This document shows positions 39,086 through 49,896 of a DNA stretch of 64,000 nt, one piece after another. The position numbers were made by a program, and so were the translations under genes. Position 1 is the first letter of the stretch; each line of letters opens with the position of its first letter. The notes beneath the pieces were generated by a model. It was not told the DNA's origin. It saw only the letters and a list, made by a program, of their open reading frames with translations, and did no database searches. The stretch is from NCBI GenBank assembly GCA_965208575.1, contig CBDBOV010000005.1:832001-896000 (forward strand), given 5' to 3'. The stretch is from Spirochaetia bacterium. GTDB lineage: Bacteria > Spirochaetota > Spirochaetia > SZUA-6 > Bin103.

Positions 39086-40147
39086 CTAGTGCCCGAGCGT
39101 GGCGAGGAACTCCGTCTCATCCGCGCAGCCGGTTGCCGCCGTCAGCAGCGCCTCATCGGATGCCGCGGCCAACGCTTCCGCAGCGGCGGAAAACCGCGCC
39201 GAAACTGTAATGCCGCGTGACTGCAGAATCTGACGGACCATCTGCGTCCGGCCTGCCGCGCGACCCGCGGCGTGGCCTTCATCCCGGCCTGCGGCACGAC
39301 CTGCCGCGTGGCCTTCAGTTCGGCCTGCCGCGCGACCTTCGGCGCGACCTTCCGCACGGCCGCGCTCGAACCCCTGGCGCCGCTGCGAACGAAGCAGCGG
39401 GTCGTCGTCCGGGCCGGTGCCTGCGCGCGCGCCGAGCGCCGCTCCGACCCGCTCCACCACGGCGCTCGTCTGCGCGGACGGCTCCGGCTCGTTCAACGCC
39501 ACGTGAATCTCATCCGCCCGCCAGCCGGGAAACGCCCGGCTCTCGGACGCAACCCGGAACCGTCCGTGCTCCAGCAGGTGAATCGTCAGCCCTGGCCGCC
39601 GCCGGTGCGGGCGGCTTGGCGACGGTGCCTCCGGCACCTCCACCCACACTTCCGGGAAGCCCCACGATTCGTACAGATCGAGCTTGCCGCGGTGTACGTC
39701 GGTGGTGTGATCTACCTCCAGCACCACGTCGGGAAAGTCGTCCTCGCCCACCACCATGGCGGCCCCCGGCAGCCTGGCGTGCGCCGGATGCAGGTACACC
39801 GACTCGTCGGCCTGCATGATGCGCCGCGGTTCGCCGCCGTGGTCGCGGAGCAGCAGGTCGGTCGAGCCGTACGACTCGATCGGCGAGCCGCGCACTTCGG
39901 CGATGCGCTCGGCCAAGCGCGTCAGGAGGCGCGACGGCCGCTCGTGGTAGGCAGTGGCGGACTCGCTGATCCAGGCGGTCTCGGTGGCCGAATCCCAATA
40001 CTCGAGCCGCCCCTCGAAGCGGTCGATCTCGGTGCGCGGCAGGTGCACCGGCGTGCAGCCCGGGAACGCCGGCGGCCCGGCGGGCTGGGCGGGCCGGGGT
40101 TGCGCTGCCTGGTAGCGCCCGGTGGGCGGTGCTTTGGTGCTGGCCAT
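39086..40147 (-). CDS. Uma2-family nuclease, copy 3, with a different repeat linker
   Basis: Same core; GRAEGRAEGRAAGRTEGHAAGRAAGRDEGHAAGRAAGRTQ-MVRQIL tail. Confidence 0.87.
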   Translation of the reverse strand: MASTKAPPTGRYQAAQPRPAQPAGPPAFPGCTPVHLPRTEIDRFEGRLEYWDSATETAWISESATAYHERPSRLLTRLAERIAEVRGSPIESYGSTDLLLRDHGGEPRRIMQADESVYLHPAHARLPGAAMVVGEDDFPDVVLEVDHTTDVHRGKLDLYESWGFPEVWVEVPEAPSPSRPHRRRPGLTIHLLEHGRFRVASESRAFPGWRADEIHVALNEPEPSAQTSAVVERVGAALGARAGTGPDDDPLLRSQRRQGFERGRAEGRAEGRAAGRTEGHAAGRAAGRDEGHAAGRAAGRTQMVRQILQSRGITVSARFSAAAEALAAASDEALLTAATGCADETEFLATLGH

Positions 40148-40467
40148 GGCGCCAGCGTAGCCGATCTCGCGCGGGAATGCAAACCGAATGTTCCAGATAC
40201 ATCGGAATTGGAGTGGAAGTTGACGGGCGCCGTTGGCCCGGTATCCATCTTCCTGGGAAAACGCTCGTCACGCGAAGGAATTGCATGGATCATTCCATGC
40301 TCCGTGGCGTGATCGACGAGCGGCTTGCCGTGCGGGCGTGATACGCGGGCGGCGGCCCTTGCCGGCCTGTCCCGATTCCCATACGGTGGGGCGGTCCGGG
40401 GCCGTGACCGCGGCGGCGCTTCTGCCGGTGACGAGTGGCGGCCCGATCATGAGACGAGGAGACGACG

Positions 40468-41310
40468 ATGGCGGGAAGACTGGCAGGCAAGGTGGCGATC
40501 GTCACCGGCGGCAACAGCGGCATGGGGGCCGGCACGGTGGAGCTGTTCGTGGCCGAAGGGGCGCGGGTGGTGATTGCCGCGCGCGGCGAGGAAGCGGGGC
40601 AGGCTCTCGCCGACCGGCTCGGTGAGAATGCGGCCTTCGTCCGCGCCGACGTTGCGGTGGAAGCCGACGTGCAGGCGCTGGTCGATGCCGCCGTGGCGCG
40701 CTGGGGGCGGGTGGACGTGCTGTTCAACAACGCCGGCATCGGGCAGGGCATCGTGCCTCCGGAAGAGTTCACGCTCGACGCCTTCAATCGCGTGATGATG
40801 ACCAATCTCGGCTCCTGTTTTCTCGGCATCAAGTACGTGGTGCCGATCATGAAGCAGCAGGGCGGCGGCAGCATCATCAACAACGGCAGCACCGCCGGCA
40901 TTACCACCGATGGCTCGGGGCCGGTGTATGCCGCGAGCAAGGCGGGCGTCATCCACATGACCAGGATCTGGGCCACGCAGTTGGCGGAGTTCGGGATCCG
41001 CGTCAACTGCATCTCGCCCGGCGCCATCGTCACGCCGATCTTCTGGGGCGGTCACCACACCGAGTCGGATGAGGAAAACGAACGGCGGTCGCAGCGGCTG
41101 ACGGAGCTGTTTGCGGCGCAGTTGCCGCTGCGGCGTGCCGGCACCTCGGAAGACATCGCGTACGCCGCCCTGTACCTGGCCGGCGACGAGAGCCGCCACA
41201 CCACCGGCCACAACTTGATGATCGATGGCGGCATCACGGTGCGTATGGCCCCGCAATCGGCCCTGGAGAAGGGCGGCAAGGAACGGGCGGAGTTTCTGCG
41301 CGGCGGCTGA
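40468..41310 (+). CDS. SDR family oxidoreductase
   Basis: TGGNSGMG, NNAG, YAASK, RVNCISPG. Confidence 0.92.
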   Translation: MAGRLAGKVAIVTGGNSGMGAGTVELFVAEGARVVIAARGEEAGQALADRLGENAAFVRADVAVEADVQALVDAAVARWGRVDVLFNNAGIGQGIVPPEEFTLDAFNRVMMTNLGSCFLGIKYVVPIMKQQGGGSIINNGSTAGITTDGSGPVYAASKAGVIHMTRIWATQLAEFGIRVNCISPGAIVTPIFWGGHHTESDEENERRSQRLTELFAAQLPLRRAGTSEDIAYAALYLAGDESRHTTGHNLMIDGGITVRMAPQSALEKGGKERAEFLRGG

Positions 41311-41325
41311 CGCGGGGGAGATAGG

Positions 41326-42243
41326 ATGAAGTTCGGGGCGCAGATCAACAGTTTCGGAGCGGACTGGGAGGCGATCAGCGCGTACATCGCCGCGCTGGAG
41401 GGCGGGCGCTGGAACAGCCTGTATATCGCCGACCACTTCCTGCCGCCGGTCGGCGACCGGGGCGAGCACAACAACGCCTTCGAGGCGTTCACCCTGCTGT
41501 CGGTGGCCGCCGGCATGACCCGCCGGGTCGAGCTCGGCACTCTGGTGCTGGGCAACACCTACCGCAACCCGGCGCTGGTGGCGAAGATGGCGGCCACGCT
41601 CGACCAGGCGTCGCGGGGGCGGGTTGTGCTGGGCATCGGCGCCGCCTGGTTCGAGCGCGAGCACGCCGCCTACGGCTGGGACTTTCCCGCCATGCGGGAA
41701 CGGTCGGACCGGCTGGAGGAAGCGTGCCGCCTGATCCGCACGCTGTTCACGGCGGACGGGCCGGTCGACTTTCAGGGCCGCTACTACCGCCTCAAGCAGG
41801 CGCCCCTGGCGCCCGGATGCTTCCGCACGCCGCACATTCCGATCATGGTCGGCGGCGTCGGCGAGCGCCGCACTTTGCGCACGCTGGCGCGCTACGGCGA
41901 CGTGTTCAACCTGAACGGCTGGACCCTCGAGATGTCGCTGCCGGAGTACCGGCGCAAGGCGGAAGTGATCGAGCGCCACTGCGCGGCGGTCGGGCGCGAC
42001 CCGGGCGAGATCCGGCACACCGTCCACATGCCGCTGCAGCTTGCGGAGGCGGGCGACCGGCCTCCCGGCGGCGGCGCGGAGTGGAAGCTCGGTCCGGGAC
42101 TGACCCCGGCGCCGGCCAGCTTCATCGTCGACCGCATCGGCGAATTCGGGCGCGCCGGGGTGGACGAGATCATCTTCCAGCCGCTCCCCGACGCCGCCTA
42201 CCTGCAGCGCGTCGAAGCTGAGATCGTCGCCGCCGTCGTCTGA
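41326..42243 (+). CDS. LLM-class (probably F420-dependent) oxidoreductase
   Basis: ADHF, LVLGNTYRNPALVAKMAATLD..S.GR..LGIGAAW. Confidence 0.9.
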   Translation: MKFGAQINSFGADWEAISAYIAALEGGRWNSLYIADHFLPPVGDRGEHNNAFEAFTLLSVAAGMTRRVELGTLVLGNTYRNPALVAKMAATLDQASRGRVVLGIGAAWFEREHAAYGWDFPAMRERSDRLEEACRLIRTLFTADGPVDFQGRYYRLKQAPLAPGCFRTPHIPIMVGGVGERRTLRTLARYGDVFNLNGWTLEMSLPEYRRKAEVIERHCAAVGRDPGEIRHTVHMPLQLAEAGDRPPGGGAEWKLGPGLTPAPASFIVDRIGEFGRAGVDEIIFQPLPDAAYLQRVEAEIVAAVV

Positions 42244-42261
42244 CGTGGCGGCGGGCGGCGG

Positions 42262-43764
42262 TCAGGGATGCCGCGGCGGCGCGCTGCGGCCGGAGTGGAC
42301 GAAGCGGTCGATCACCGCCTTCAGCTCAGCGACGATCCGGGGGTGCTCGAAGTAGAGATTGGTGGTCTCGCCGGGGTCCACGTCCAGGTCGTAGAGTTGG
42401 CCGGGTGCGTCGGGTGCCTTTTCCGGCAGGGCGTATTGCCTGAGTGCTCCCCTGGTGTAGTCGTTGCCGCCGGAGCCGCGGTGATCGAGGTACTTCCATT
42501 TGCCGCGCCGGAGCGCCAGGTAGAGGGCGGGCTCGCCGCCGGTGGCGGCGTTGCTCAGGAAGCTCTGGTGCAGCGTGTGCGCGCGCACCGCTTCGCCGGC
42601 CGGCGTTTCGCCGAGCATGGCCGGCAGGATGTCGAAGCTGTCCTCACCCGCGTCGTCGGGCAGTTCGACGCCGGTGATCGCGGCGCAGGTGGCCATCAGG
42701 TCGCACAGGCAGACGGTCTGGGAGCTCTCGCTGCCTGCGGCGATGCGCCCGGGCCAGCGCGCCACGAACGGCACCCGGTGGCCGCCTTCCCACTGGTCGC
42801 GCTTCATGCCGCGCCACGGGCGCGCGCCGTCGTGATCGTAGTCGCTACGCATGTTGACGACGCTGGTCACTTCCGGTCCGTTGTCGCTGGTCACCATCAC
42901 CAGGGTGTCGTCCGCCAGTCCGAGCCGGTCGAGGGTGGCGAGCAACTCGCCCACCACGTGGTCGAACTCGTAGATGAAGTCGCCGTGCGGGCCGGCGCCG
43001 GTCTTGCCCTGGAACGCCTTGCCGGGGAACGACGGCAGGTGCACACCCTGGGTGGAGTGAAACAGGAAGAACGGCTGTTCCGGAGACTCGGCGGCGTGGC
43101 GTTCCAGGAACTGCACGCTGCGCTCCAGGAACACCATGTCGATCTCTTCGAAGTCGAAGCCGGGCGCCAGCCAGCCGATGCGGTTGTCCCTGGCGTAAGG
43201 ATGGTCGGGCAGGCCGGCGCGGTCGTGCAGCCTGGTGGGCGGCACCGGGATGCGGTCGCCGTCGATGAACGCGTACAGGAAGTCGGTGGTCGGGCAGCAC
43301 GCGGTGCCGTAGAAGTGGTCGAAGCCGCGGTGGATCGGCGCGTCCGGGATGGCGCGCGAGTAGTCGATCCGCTCCACCGGGTCGAAGCCGTTCTCGTTGA
43401 TCGGGTTGCCGTCCCGGTCCGGGAAGCTCAGGCCCACGTGCCACTTGCCGTACAGCGCCGTTGCATACCCCAGGTCGCGCAGCATGCCGGGCAGCGTGAG
43501 GCGCGACTCCTCGATCAGGCACGGCCCGCCGGCGCCGGTGAATACGCCCGGTACGCCGGTCCGGAACTCCATGCGCCCGGTCAGCATACTGTAGCGGCTC
43601 GGCGTGCACACGGTGGCCGGGCTGTGCGCGTCGGTGAAGCTCAAGCCCTCGGCCGCGAGCCGGTCGAGGTTCGGCGTCGGCACCTTCGACTCCGGGTTGT
43701 AGCACGCCACGTCGCCGTAGCCCAGGTCGTCGGCCAGGATCAGCAGAATGTTGGGTCGTTGCAT
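42262..43764 (-). CDS. Arylsulfatase (Cys-type)
   Basis: [37 protein letters not shown]. Confidence 0.93.
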   Translation of the reverse strand: MQRPNILLILADDLGYGDVACYNPESKVPTPNLDRLAAEGLSFTDAHSPATVCTPSRYSMLTGRMEFRTGVPGVFTGAGGPCLIEESRLTLPGMLRDLGYATALYGKWHVGLSFPDRDGNPINENGFDPVERIDYSRAIPDAPIHRGFDHFYGTACCPTTDFLYAFIDGDRIPVPPTRLHDRAGLPDHPYARDNRIGWLAPGFDFEEIDMVFLERSVQFLERHAAESPEQPFFLFHSTQGVHLPSFPGKAFQGKTGAGPHGDFIYEFDHVVGELLATLDRLGLADDTLVMVTSDNGPEVTSVVNMRSDYDHDGARPWRGMKRDQWEGGHRVPFVARWPGRIAAGSESSQTVCLCDLMATCAAITGVELPDDAGEDSFDILPAMLGETPAGEAVRAHTLHQSFLSNAATGGEPALYLALRRGKWKYLDHRGSGGNDYTRGALRQYALPEKAPDAPGQLYDLDVDPGETTNLYFEHPRIVAELKAVIDRFVHSGRSAPPRHP

Positions 43765-43939
43765 GGTTGCTCCTCCGCAGATTGGGACTTGAACACGATA
43801 CTACAGAGACGGTCGGCTGGCGTCGGCCGGGTCGGCCGGGGTCGGCCGGGTAGGAAAGCTTGACAGGTGGCGGGGTTGGACCTAGGGTCTGTTCATTGCG
43901 TCGGCGCCGCGCCCGGGCCTGCTTGCGCCAGATTTCTGC

Positions 43940-44337
43940 AACGTGCACCTGATCCCCGGCGTGTTCGGCAACGAGGCCGCGTTCGCCATCCACCAGACCA
44001 TCGACGATCCGGTGCTGCGCGGGTTGTTCCGCGACCTGCGCTTCCGGCAGGCGATGTCCCTGGCGAGGAGCCGCCGGACGAGATCAAGCAGCACTGGCAA
44101 TGGCGGCAGGACTGGACCAAGACCGTGTTCCGTTCCGCGGAATACGACGACCTGGCCGAGAAGATCTTCGATTTCTACGCCGAAAACCTGTTCGTGATCG
44201 GCACCGTGGGGCTGCTGCCGACGCCGTACATCGCCAAGAAGAACATCGGCAACGTACCCACGAAGTATCTGCCCGGCCTTACCGACTACGCCGGCGACCT
44301 GAACTTCTTCTCCCACCAGTTGTTCTTCAAGAACTAG
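43940..44337 (+). pseudogene. Truncated, internally deleted family-5 SBP
   Basis: DPVLRGLFRDLRFRQAMSLA joined out of frame near 44063 to GEEPP...IGNVP...QLFFKN; N-terminal two-thirds missing; TTGACA-17-TAGGGT promoter remains at 43860. Confidence 0.82.
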
Positions 44338-44352
44338 GAGTTGTGCCGGACG

Positions 44353-44383
44353 CGGCGGGGTAGTTGCATCGACTGCCCCGCCG
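44353..44383 (+). other. Intercistronic stem-loop after the SBP relic
   Basis: CGGCGGGGTAGT...ACTGCCCCGCCG. Confidence 0.6.
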
Positions 44384-44418
44384 TTTACGAAGGCCACGAC
44401 ACGGCAGTCTCCGGCTAA

Positions 44419-46397
44419 CCCGAAGTTCCAGAGCGGGAATCTTGTTAATTCGTTATTGATCTGAAAATTGCGCTCAACAGCCGATGTCCGTTACTGGCTA
44501 CACTTGGGCGCTGACCTCCAGGAGATCGAAACAGCGCTGCTGCAGCGCGGTCGGTTCGCTGTGCATGGTGAACGTGGCGCCGCTATCCACTATCCGCACG
44601 CGGTTGGCCGTCAGCGTCCCCAACTCGCTCATCAGGCTGCGAAAGCTGTGCACCGGCAGACCGTCGTCGGTACGCTTGCTCGCCGCCTTCCGGTGTGCGG
44701 CCGGTGAGCGTTCCGCCGGTTGCACCACCGACTCGCGCAGCGCCTCGCCGGCGGCGCGGTCGTGGTCGTCGAACAGCACCGGCGCCAGCTTGCTGCGCAT
44801 GTGCCACTCCACGTAGTAGGCCAGCATGCACAGGAACACGTGCGCCCGCACCCGGTCTGCGCTGCGGTGATAGATCGGTCGCACCTTCAGATCCACCGTC
44901 TTCATGCTGCGGAACGCACGTTCCACCTTGGCCAAGTCCTTGTACGCCGTCACCGTCTGCTCGGCGTCGAACAGCTCCGGCTCCACGTTGGAGCGCACGA
45001 TGTAGAGCCCGTCCAGTTCTTCCTCGGCCGCGATCTTGTCCAGGTCACGCACGAACGAGAACGAGTCGTCGGTGATGGTGGTGGTGAAATGCTTGCCCAC
45101 CTTGTAGTGGTTGATCACCTTGCCCACCCGCAGGCCGATCGCGGCGGCGCCGCGCAGCGGCTTTTTGGCGCGCTGCGTGGCCGTCACGATCGGCGTCAGT
45201 TCCTCCTCCGTGGAGGCCAGCAACTTCTGCCTCTTGCGCTGCCGTTGCTCGGCCAGGATCGGGTTGCGGCACACGATCAGCCGCTCGCCGGGGAACTCGG
45301 GTGAGCTGATCTCCGCCAGGTCACGCTCGTCGAACATGGTCTGCGCCACTTCGCCGGCCTCGATCAGCTTGCGGATGGTGGGCGCCCGCAGGGTCGTGAT
45401 CCAGCGCAGGCCGTCGATCCCCTGCAGGTCCTCGCGGATGCGCGCGCCGGTGAGCATGCCGCGGTCGCCGACCAGCACGACGCGCTGCAAGCCGAAACGG
45501 TTGCGAATCTTGTCGACCTGAGCGGCGACCGTCTTGGGGTCACTGGTGGAGCCCTCGAATACCTCGACGGCGATGGGACAGCCGTCTGCGGTACACAGCA
45601 GGCCGAACACGATCTGCAAGGTGCCGCGTTTGCCGTCGCGGCTGTGACCACGGCGCGCCAACGGGCAGGTGTGGCCATGGAAGTAACTGGAAGTCAGGTC
45701 GTACAACATGAGCGTGTTGTCATGCAGATGGCGCTTGGCCAAGCGCTGCTCGATGCCGTGCTGGCGAGCGAGCAGCCAATCCATGGCGGCATACAGCTCA
45801 TTCTCGTCGACGGCTCCCAACTGCAGCAGGTGGCCGAGGGAGGAGACGGCGCTTTCGGGGTTCAGGCCGCGAGCGGTGGCGAGTTTGGAGCGAGCGTCGA
45901 CGACGCGAGCGACGATCATGGCGACGACCAGGTCGCGTTCACGGGAGGCGGGACGAGCGACGAGGGAATGGAGGGAGAGCTTGCGGAGGGAACCGAGGAC
46001 GGCGGCGACGTGGCCGTGGGGATAGCTGCGCAAGATGGAGAGCAGTTCGTTGGGAGAGCGCAGAGCGATACCGCCGTTGAGGAGGACGCGCAAACCCTCG
46101 ACGAGGTGATCGGGCCACTTGGAGAGGTTGGCGATGGTGCGTTTTTTGACCTTGCCGTGCTGGCGGAAGGACTCGCGGAGGAGGACGGCTGGGGGAGAGT
46201 TGCGGTTGGGGACGGTGTCGATGTACATGGGCACCCTACGGAGGGAATGGTAGATCATTTAATAATTACATGTCAACCAGATGAGAGAAAATTAACGCTG
46301 AACCACAGGACTATTTACATGGACACGATTTACACCCATGAACACGCTAATTCCTGTAATAGGAAACAGTTACAAGAACGGCCTCTCAAACCTCGGG
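44419..46397 (-). mobile_element. IS1634-family insertion sequence (1979 bp) with CTAA target duplication
   Basis: IRs CCCGAAGTTCCAGAG / CCCGAGGTTTGAGAG; CTAA at 44415-18 and 46398-401. Confidence 0.88.
44498..46228 (-). CDS. IS1634-family transposase
   Basis: MYIDTVPNRNSPPAVLLRES, LYDLTSSYF, LVGDRGM, YKDLAKVERAFRSMK, RVRAHVFLCMLAY. Confidence 0.93.
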   Translation of the reverse strand: MYIDTVPNRNSPPAVLLRESFRQHGKVKKRTIANLSKWPDHLVEGLRVLLNGGIALRSPNELLSILRSYPHGHVAAVLGSLRKLSLHSLVARPASRERDLVVAMIVARVVDARSKLATARGLNPESAVSSLGHLLQLGAVDENELYAAMDWLLARQHGIEQRLAKRHLHDNTLMLYDLTSSYFHGHTCPLARRGHSRDGKRGTLQIVFGLLCTADGCPIAVEVFEGSTSDPKTVAAQVDKIRNRFGLQRVVLVGDRGMLTGARIREDLQGIDGLRWITTLRAPTIRKLIEAGEVAQTMFDERDLAEISSPEFPGERLIVCRNPILAEQRQRKRQKLLASTEEELTPIVTATQRAKKPLRGAAAIGLRVGKVINHYKVGKHFTTTITDDSFSFVRDLDKIAAEEELDGLYIVRSNVEPELFDAEQTVTAYKDLAKVERAFRSMKTVDLKVRPIYHRSADRVRAHVFLCMLAYYVEWHMRSKLAPVLFDDHDRAAGEALRESVVQPAERSPAAHRKAASKRTDDGLPVHSFRSLMSELGTLTANRVRIVDSGATFTMHSEPTALQQRCFDLLEVSAQV

Positions 46398-46407
46398 CTA
46401 ACGGCAC

Positions 46408-47406
46408 ATGGGCACCTACATCGTCCGCCGGCTGTTCTACATGGTCATCACGCTGCTGGTGACCTCGCTGATTTCGTTCACGATCATCCAGTTGCCGCCG
46501 GGCGACTACCTGACCACCTACATGGAGATGCTCAGCCGGCAGGGCCTCGACGTGACCGAGGAGCAGATCCGCTCGCTGGAAACCGAGTACGGGCTCGACC
46601 TGCCGTTCCACGCCCAGTACCTGAAGTGGCTGTGGAAGATGCTGCAGGGCGACCTGGGCAGGTCGTTCAAGTTCAACAAGCAGGTCACCACGCTGCTCGC
46701 CGAACGGGTCCCGCTCACCGTCGCCATCTCCACGCTGACGCTGATCTTCGTGTACGTGGTGGCGATCCCGATCGGCGTCTACTCGGCCACGCACCAGTAC
46801 TCCGCCGGCGACTACACCGTTACCGTGCTTGGGTTCGCGGGGCTGGCCACGCCCAACTTCCTGCTCGCCCTGGTGCTGATGTTCGTGTTCTTCAAGTTCT
46901 TCGGCCTGAGCGCCGGCGGGCTGTTCTCACCCGAGTACATCGTCGCTCCCTGGAGCCTGGGCAAGGTATGGGACCTGCTCAAGCACCTGCCGATTCCGAT
47001 CATCGTGATCGGCACCGCCGGCACCGCGAGTATCATCCGGGTGATGCGCGGCTCCCTGCTGGACGAGCTGGCGCGGCAGTACGTGATCACGGCCCGTTCC
47101 AAGGGGGTGGCGGAGAGCAGGCTGCTGTTCAAGTACCCGGTCAGGATGGCGGTGAATCCGATCATCAGCACCGTCGGATGGACGCTGCCGGTGATCGTGT
47201 CGGGCGAGACCATCACCGCCATCGTGCTCAGCCTGCCGACGGTCGGTCCGCTGCTGTTCAATGCCCTGCTGAGCCAGGACATGTACCTGGCCGGCAGCAT
47301 CGTGATGGTGCTGGTGGTCCTGACCGTGATCGGCACCTTCCTGTCCGACATCATGCTGGCCTGGATCGATCCCCGCATCCGCTACGAACGGGCCGCTTCC
47401 GCCTAG
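46408..47406 (+). CDS. DppB-type ABC permease
   Basis: QLPPGDY, LLDELARQYVITARSKG, IDPRIRY; paralogue of 17051. Confidence 0.93.
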   Translation: MGTYIVRRLFYMVITLLVTSLISFTIIQLPPGDYLTTYMEMLSRQGLDVTEEQIRSLETEYGLDLPFHAQYLKWLWKMLQGDLGRSFKFNKQVTTLLAERVPLTVAISTLTLIFVYVVAIPIGVYSATHQYSAGDYTVTVLGFAGLATPNFLLALVLMFVFFKFFGLSAGGLFSPEYIVAPWSLGKVWDLLKHLPIPIIVIGTAGTASIIRVMRGSLLDELARQYVITARSKGVAESRLLFKYPVRMAVNPIISTVGWTLPVIVSGETITAIVLSLPTVGPLLFNALLSQDMYLAGSIVMVLVVLTVIGTFLSDIMLAWIDPRIRYERAASA

Positions 47407-48513
47407 ATGAGCACGCGGGCGAACATCGAGGAAGGTTACTACGTAGCCTCGCAGTGGCAGCTCATGTGGCGCAAGTACAAGCGTCACAAGCTCGCTTTCG
47501 TGGGCATGAGCGTGCTGTCGCTGCTCTACCTGTTCGGCATCTTTTGCGAGTTCTTCGCCCCCTACGACCCGTACCAGCGCAACGCCGACTTCACCTTCGC
47601 GCCGCCGCAGCGCATCCGCTTCATCAGCAACGACGGCCTGCACCTGCGTCCGTTCGTGTACGGCTGGCAGCGCGAGCGCGACCCCGTGACGCTGCGCCCG
47701 GTGTACACCGTGGACCGCGGCGCCCGCTACCCGATCCGTTTCCTGGTGCGCGGCGACGAGTACAAGTTCTGGAACGTGGTGCGCACCGACGTCCACCTGT
47801 TCGGGGTGGCGGACGGCCAGGTGGCGTTCCTGTTCGGCACCGACAAGCTCGGCCGCGACCTGTTCTCGCGCAACCTGTACGCTTCGCGGGTGTCGCTGTC
47901 GGTGGGGCTGGTGGGGGTCGCGATCAGCTTCGTGCTCGGCTGCATTTTGGGCGGCATCTCGGGCTACTACGGCGGCGCGATCGACACCGCGATCCAGCGG
48001 GTGGTGGAGATCCTGATCTCGATTCCCACCATTCCCCTGTGGATGGCGCTGGCGGCCGCCCTGCCGGTCACCTGGTCGCCGATCGAGGTGTACTTCGGAG
48101 TGACCATCGTGCTGTCGGTGATCGGCTGGACCGGGCTGGCGCGGGTGGTGCGCGGCAAGCTGCTGGAGCTGAGGGAGGCGGACTTCGTGATGGCGGCGCA
48201 GATCGCCGGCGCCTCCGAGTCGCGCGTGATCGGCCTGCACCTGCTGCCGTCGTTCTTCAGCTACCTGATCGTCAACCTGACCCTGGCCGTTCCTTACATG
48301 ATGCTCGGCGAGACGGCGCTGAGCTTCCTGGGCCTGGGCATCCGGGCGCCCGCGGTGAGCTGGGGCGCGCTGCTCAAGGAGGGCCAGAACATCAGGACGG
48401 TGGCGCAGTCGCCCTGGCTGCTGATCCCGGGGCTGTTCGTGATCCTCTCCGTGCTCGGCTTCAACTTCGTCGGCGACGGCCTGCGCGACGCCGCCGACCC
48501 GTACAAGGAGTGA
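47407..48513 (+). CDS. DppC-type ABC permease
   Basis: FGTDKLGRD, GDGLRDAADPY; paralogue of 18046. Confidence 0.93.
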   Translation: MSTRANIEEGYYVASQWQLMWRKYKRHKLAFVGMSVLSLLYLFGIFCEFFAPYDPYQRNADFTFAPPQRIRFISNDGLHLRPFVYGWQRERDPVTLRPVYTVDRGARYPIRFLVRGDEYKFWNVVRTDVHLFGVADGQVAFLFGTDKLGRDLFSRNLYASRVSLSVGLVGVAISFVLGCILGGISGYYGGAIDTAIQRVVEILISIPTIPLWMALAAALPVTWSPIEVYFGVTIVLSVIGWTGLARVVRGKLLELREADFVMAAQIAGASESRVIGLHLLPSFFSYLIVNLTLAVPYMMLGETALSFLGLGIRAPAVSWGALLKEGQNIRTVAQSPWLLIPGLFVILSVLGFNFVGDGLRDAADPYKE

Positions 48514-48895
48514 TCATGCCGGTTGCCCTGCACCGGCCTCCGAGAGGCGGTCGAAGCGGGCGCGAAAGAACCCCGCGTCGAGCGCGGCGGTGACCTCATC
48601 CGACGCGCGCGTGACGTCCCTGGCAGCGATCGGCGAGCGATCCGCGATGTCCCACACGTGCTTGCCCCACTCCTGCAGAAAGTAGGGATAGCCCTTCGTC
48701 TCCGCGACGATCATGGCCAGGGCGTCCCGTCTTGCCGACGCCGCGCAGGCCGAGCAGCAGCAGGCTTCGCGCCGCCATCCGCCGACGGGTCCGCTCGGCA
48801 GCGATGTGGATGGTCTCCAACAGTTCGTCCCGGCCGGCCAGCTCCGGCGGCGGCACTCCCGCGCCGTGCGCGAACGGGTTCTCCAACGGATTCAC
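48514..48895 (-). pseudogene. AAA ATPase relic with a large internal deletion
   Basis: NPF..GAG.PPPELAGRD, Walker A GLRGVGKT, joined near 48725 to TKGYPYFLQEWG...FFRARFDRL; TATAAT 6 nt before GTG. Confidence 0.8.
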
Positions 48896-49038
48896 GGCAT
48901 GATTATACCGTATTTAGCGTTGTTAACGGCACCTGATAAATCCGGTAACTTCGGCATAGAGTCGCTCAGGGCTGTCGTTCCGGATCGCACGCGGGACGGG
49001 GGCCGCCGCGCTATGCGCGCGTGGGGAGGATCGGTAGG

Positions 49039-49896
49039 ATGACGCCACTCATGAACCGGCTGATCGATTCCTTCAACCGGGACGGATTTCTCGTCGTCCG
49101 CGATGCCATACCGGGCGCGGTGCTGGACGCCTTCATCGGGGTGCTGGAGGCGGAGGTGGACCGGCGCGCCGCGGCGATGTTCGAGCGCGGCGAGATCTCC
49201 GAACCCTACGCCGGCGAGCCTTTCGACACCCGCTGGTACCGCATCTGGGAGGAGCGCGGCGGTGAGCCGAAGCCGCCCACCTGGCATGCCTGCGTGTTCG
49301 GCCCGGAGCTGTACGCGCTGTGGATCCATGAGTCGGTCCTCGACGTGGTGGCGCTGGTGGTGGGCCCGGAGATCCAGGCCAGCGGCGACTACATCCTGCG
49401 CCCCAAGCTGCCGTCGCTGAACCTGCTGCCGTGGCACCAGGACTCCGGGTACATGCCGGCCACCGAGCAATATCCGTGGCCGACGGTGTGGGTGCCGTTC
49501 GTACCGGTGCACGCCGGCAACGGCGCCATGCAGTTCATCCCCGGCTCGCACCGCCAGCCGATCCAGCAGCACCGCAAGGGCGACGGCGAGGTGTACGCGA
49601 CGCCGGAGCGCGACCCGGCCGCGGGGCGCGAAGTGGTGACACCGGAGCTGGCCCCCGGCGACTTCGTGATCTTCAGCAACTACGTGTTCCACCGCTCGAC
49701 GGCCGGCCGCGATCGGTCGGTGCGCTGGTCGATCGACTTCCGGTTCAGCCCGGCCGGCACGCCGGTGGGCGACCACCTGTGGTTCCACGGCATGACGCAC
49801 GTGGTGCGCAGCGCCCGCGATCCGGGCCGGATACCGAGCTGGGACGACGTGCTGGCGCTGTGGGAGCGTAGCCCGCAGCGGGTCAAGAGCCCGTAG
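49039..49896 (+). CDS. PhyH-family dioxygenase
   Basis: PWHQD, NGAMQFIPGSH, FHRS, RWSIDFR; start uncertain (49039/49051). Confidence 0.88.
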   Translation: MTPLMNRLIDSFNRDGFLVVRDAIPGAVLDAFIGVLEAEVDRRAAAMFERGEISEPYAGEPFDTRWYRIWEERGGEPKPPTWHACVFGPELYALWIHESVLDVVALVVGPEIQASGDYILRPKLPSLNLLPWHQDSGYMPATEQYPWPTVWVPFVPVHAGNGAMQFIPGSHRQPIQQHRKGDGEVYATPERDPAAGREVVTPELAPGDFVIFSNYVFHRSTAGRDRSVRWSIDFRFSPAGTPVGDHLWFHGMTHVVRSARDPGRIPSWDDVLALWERSPQRVKSP

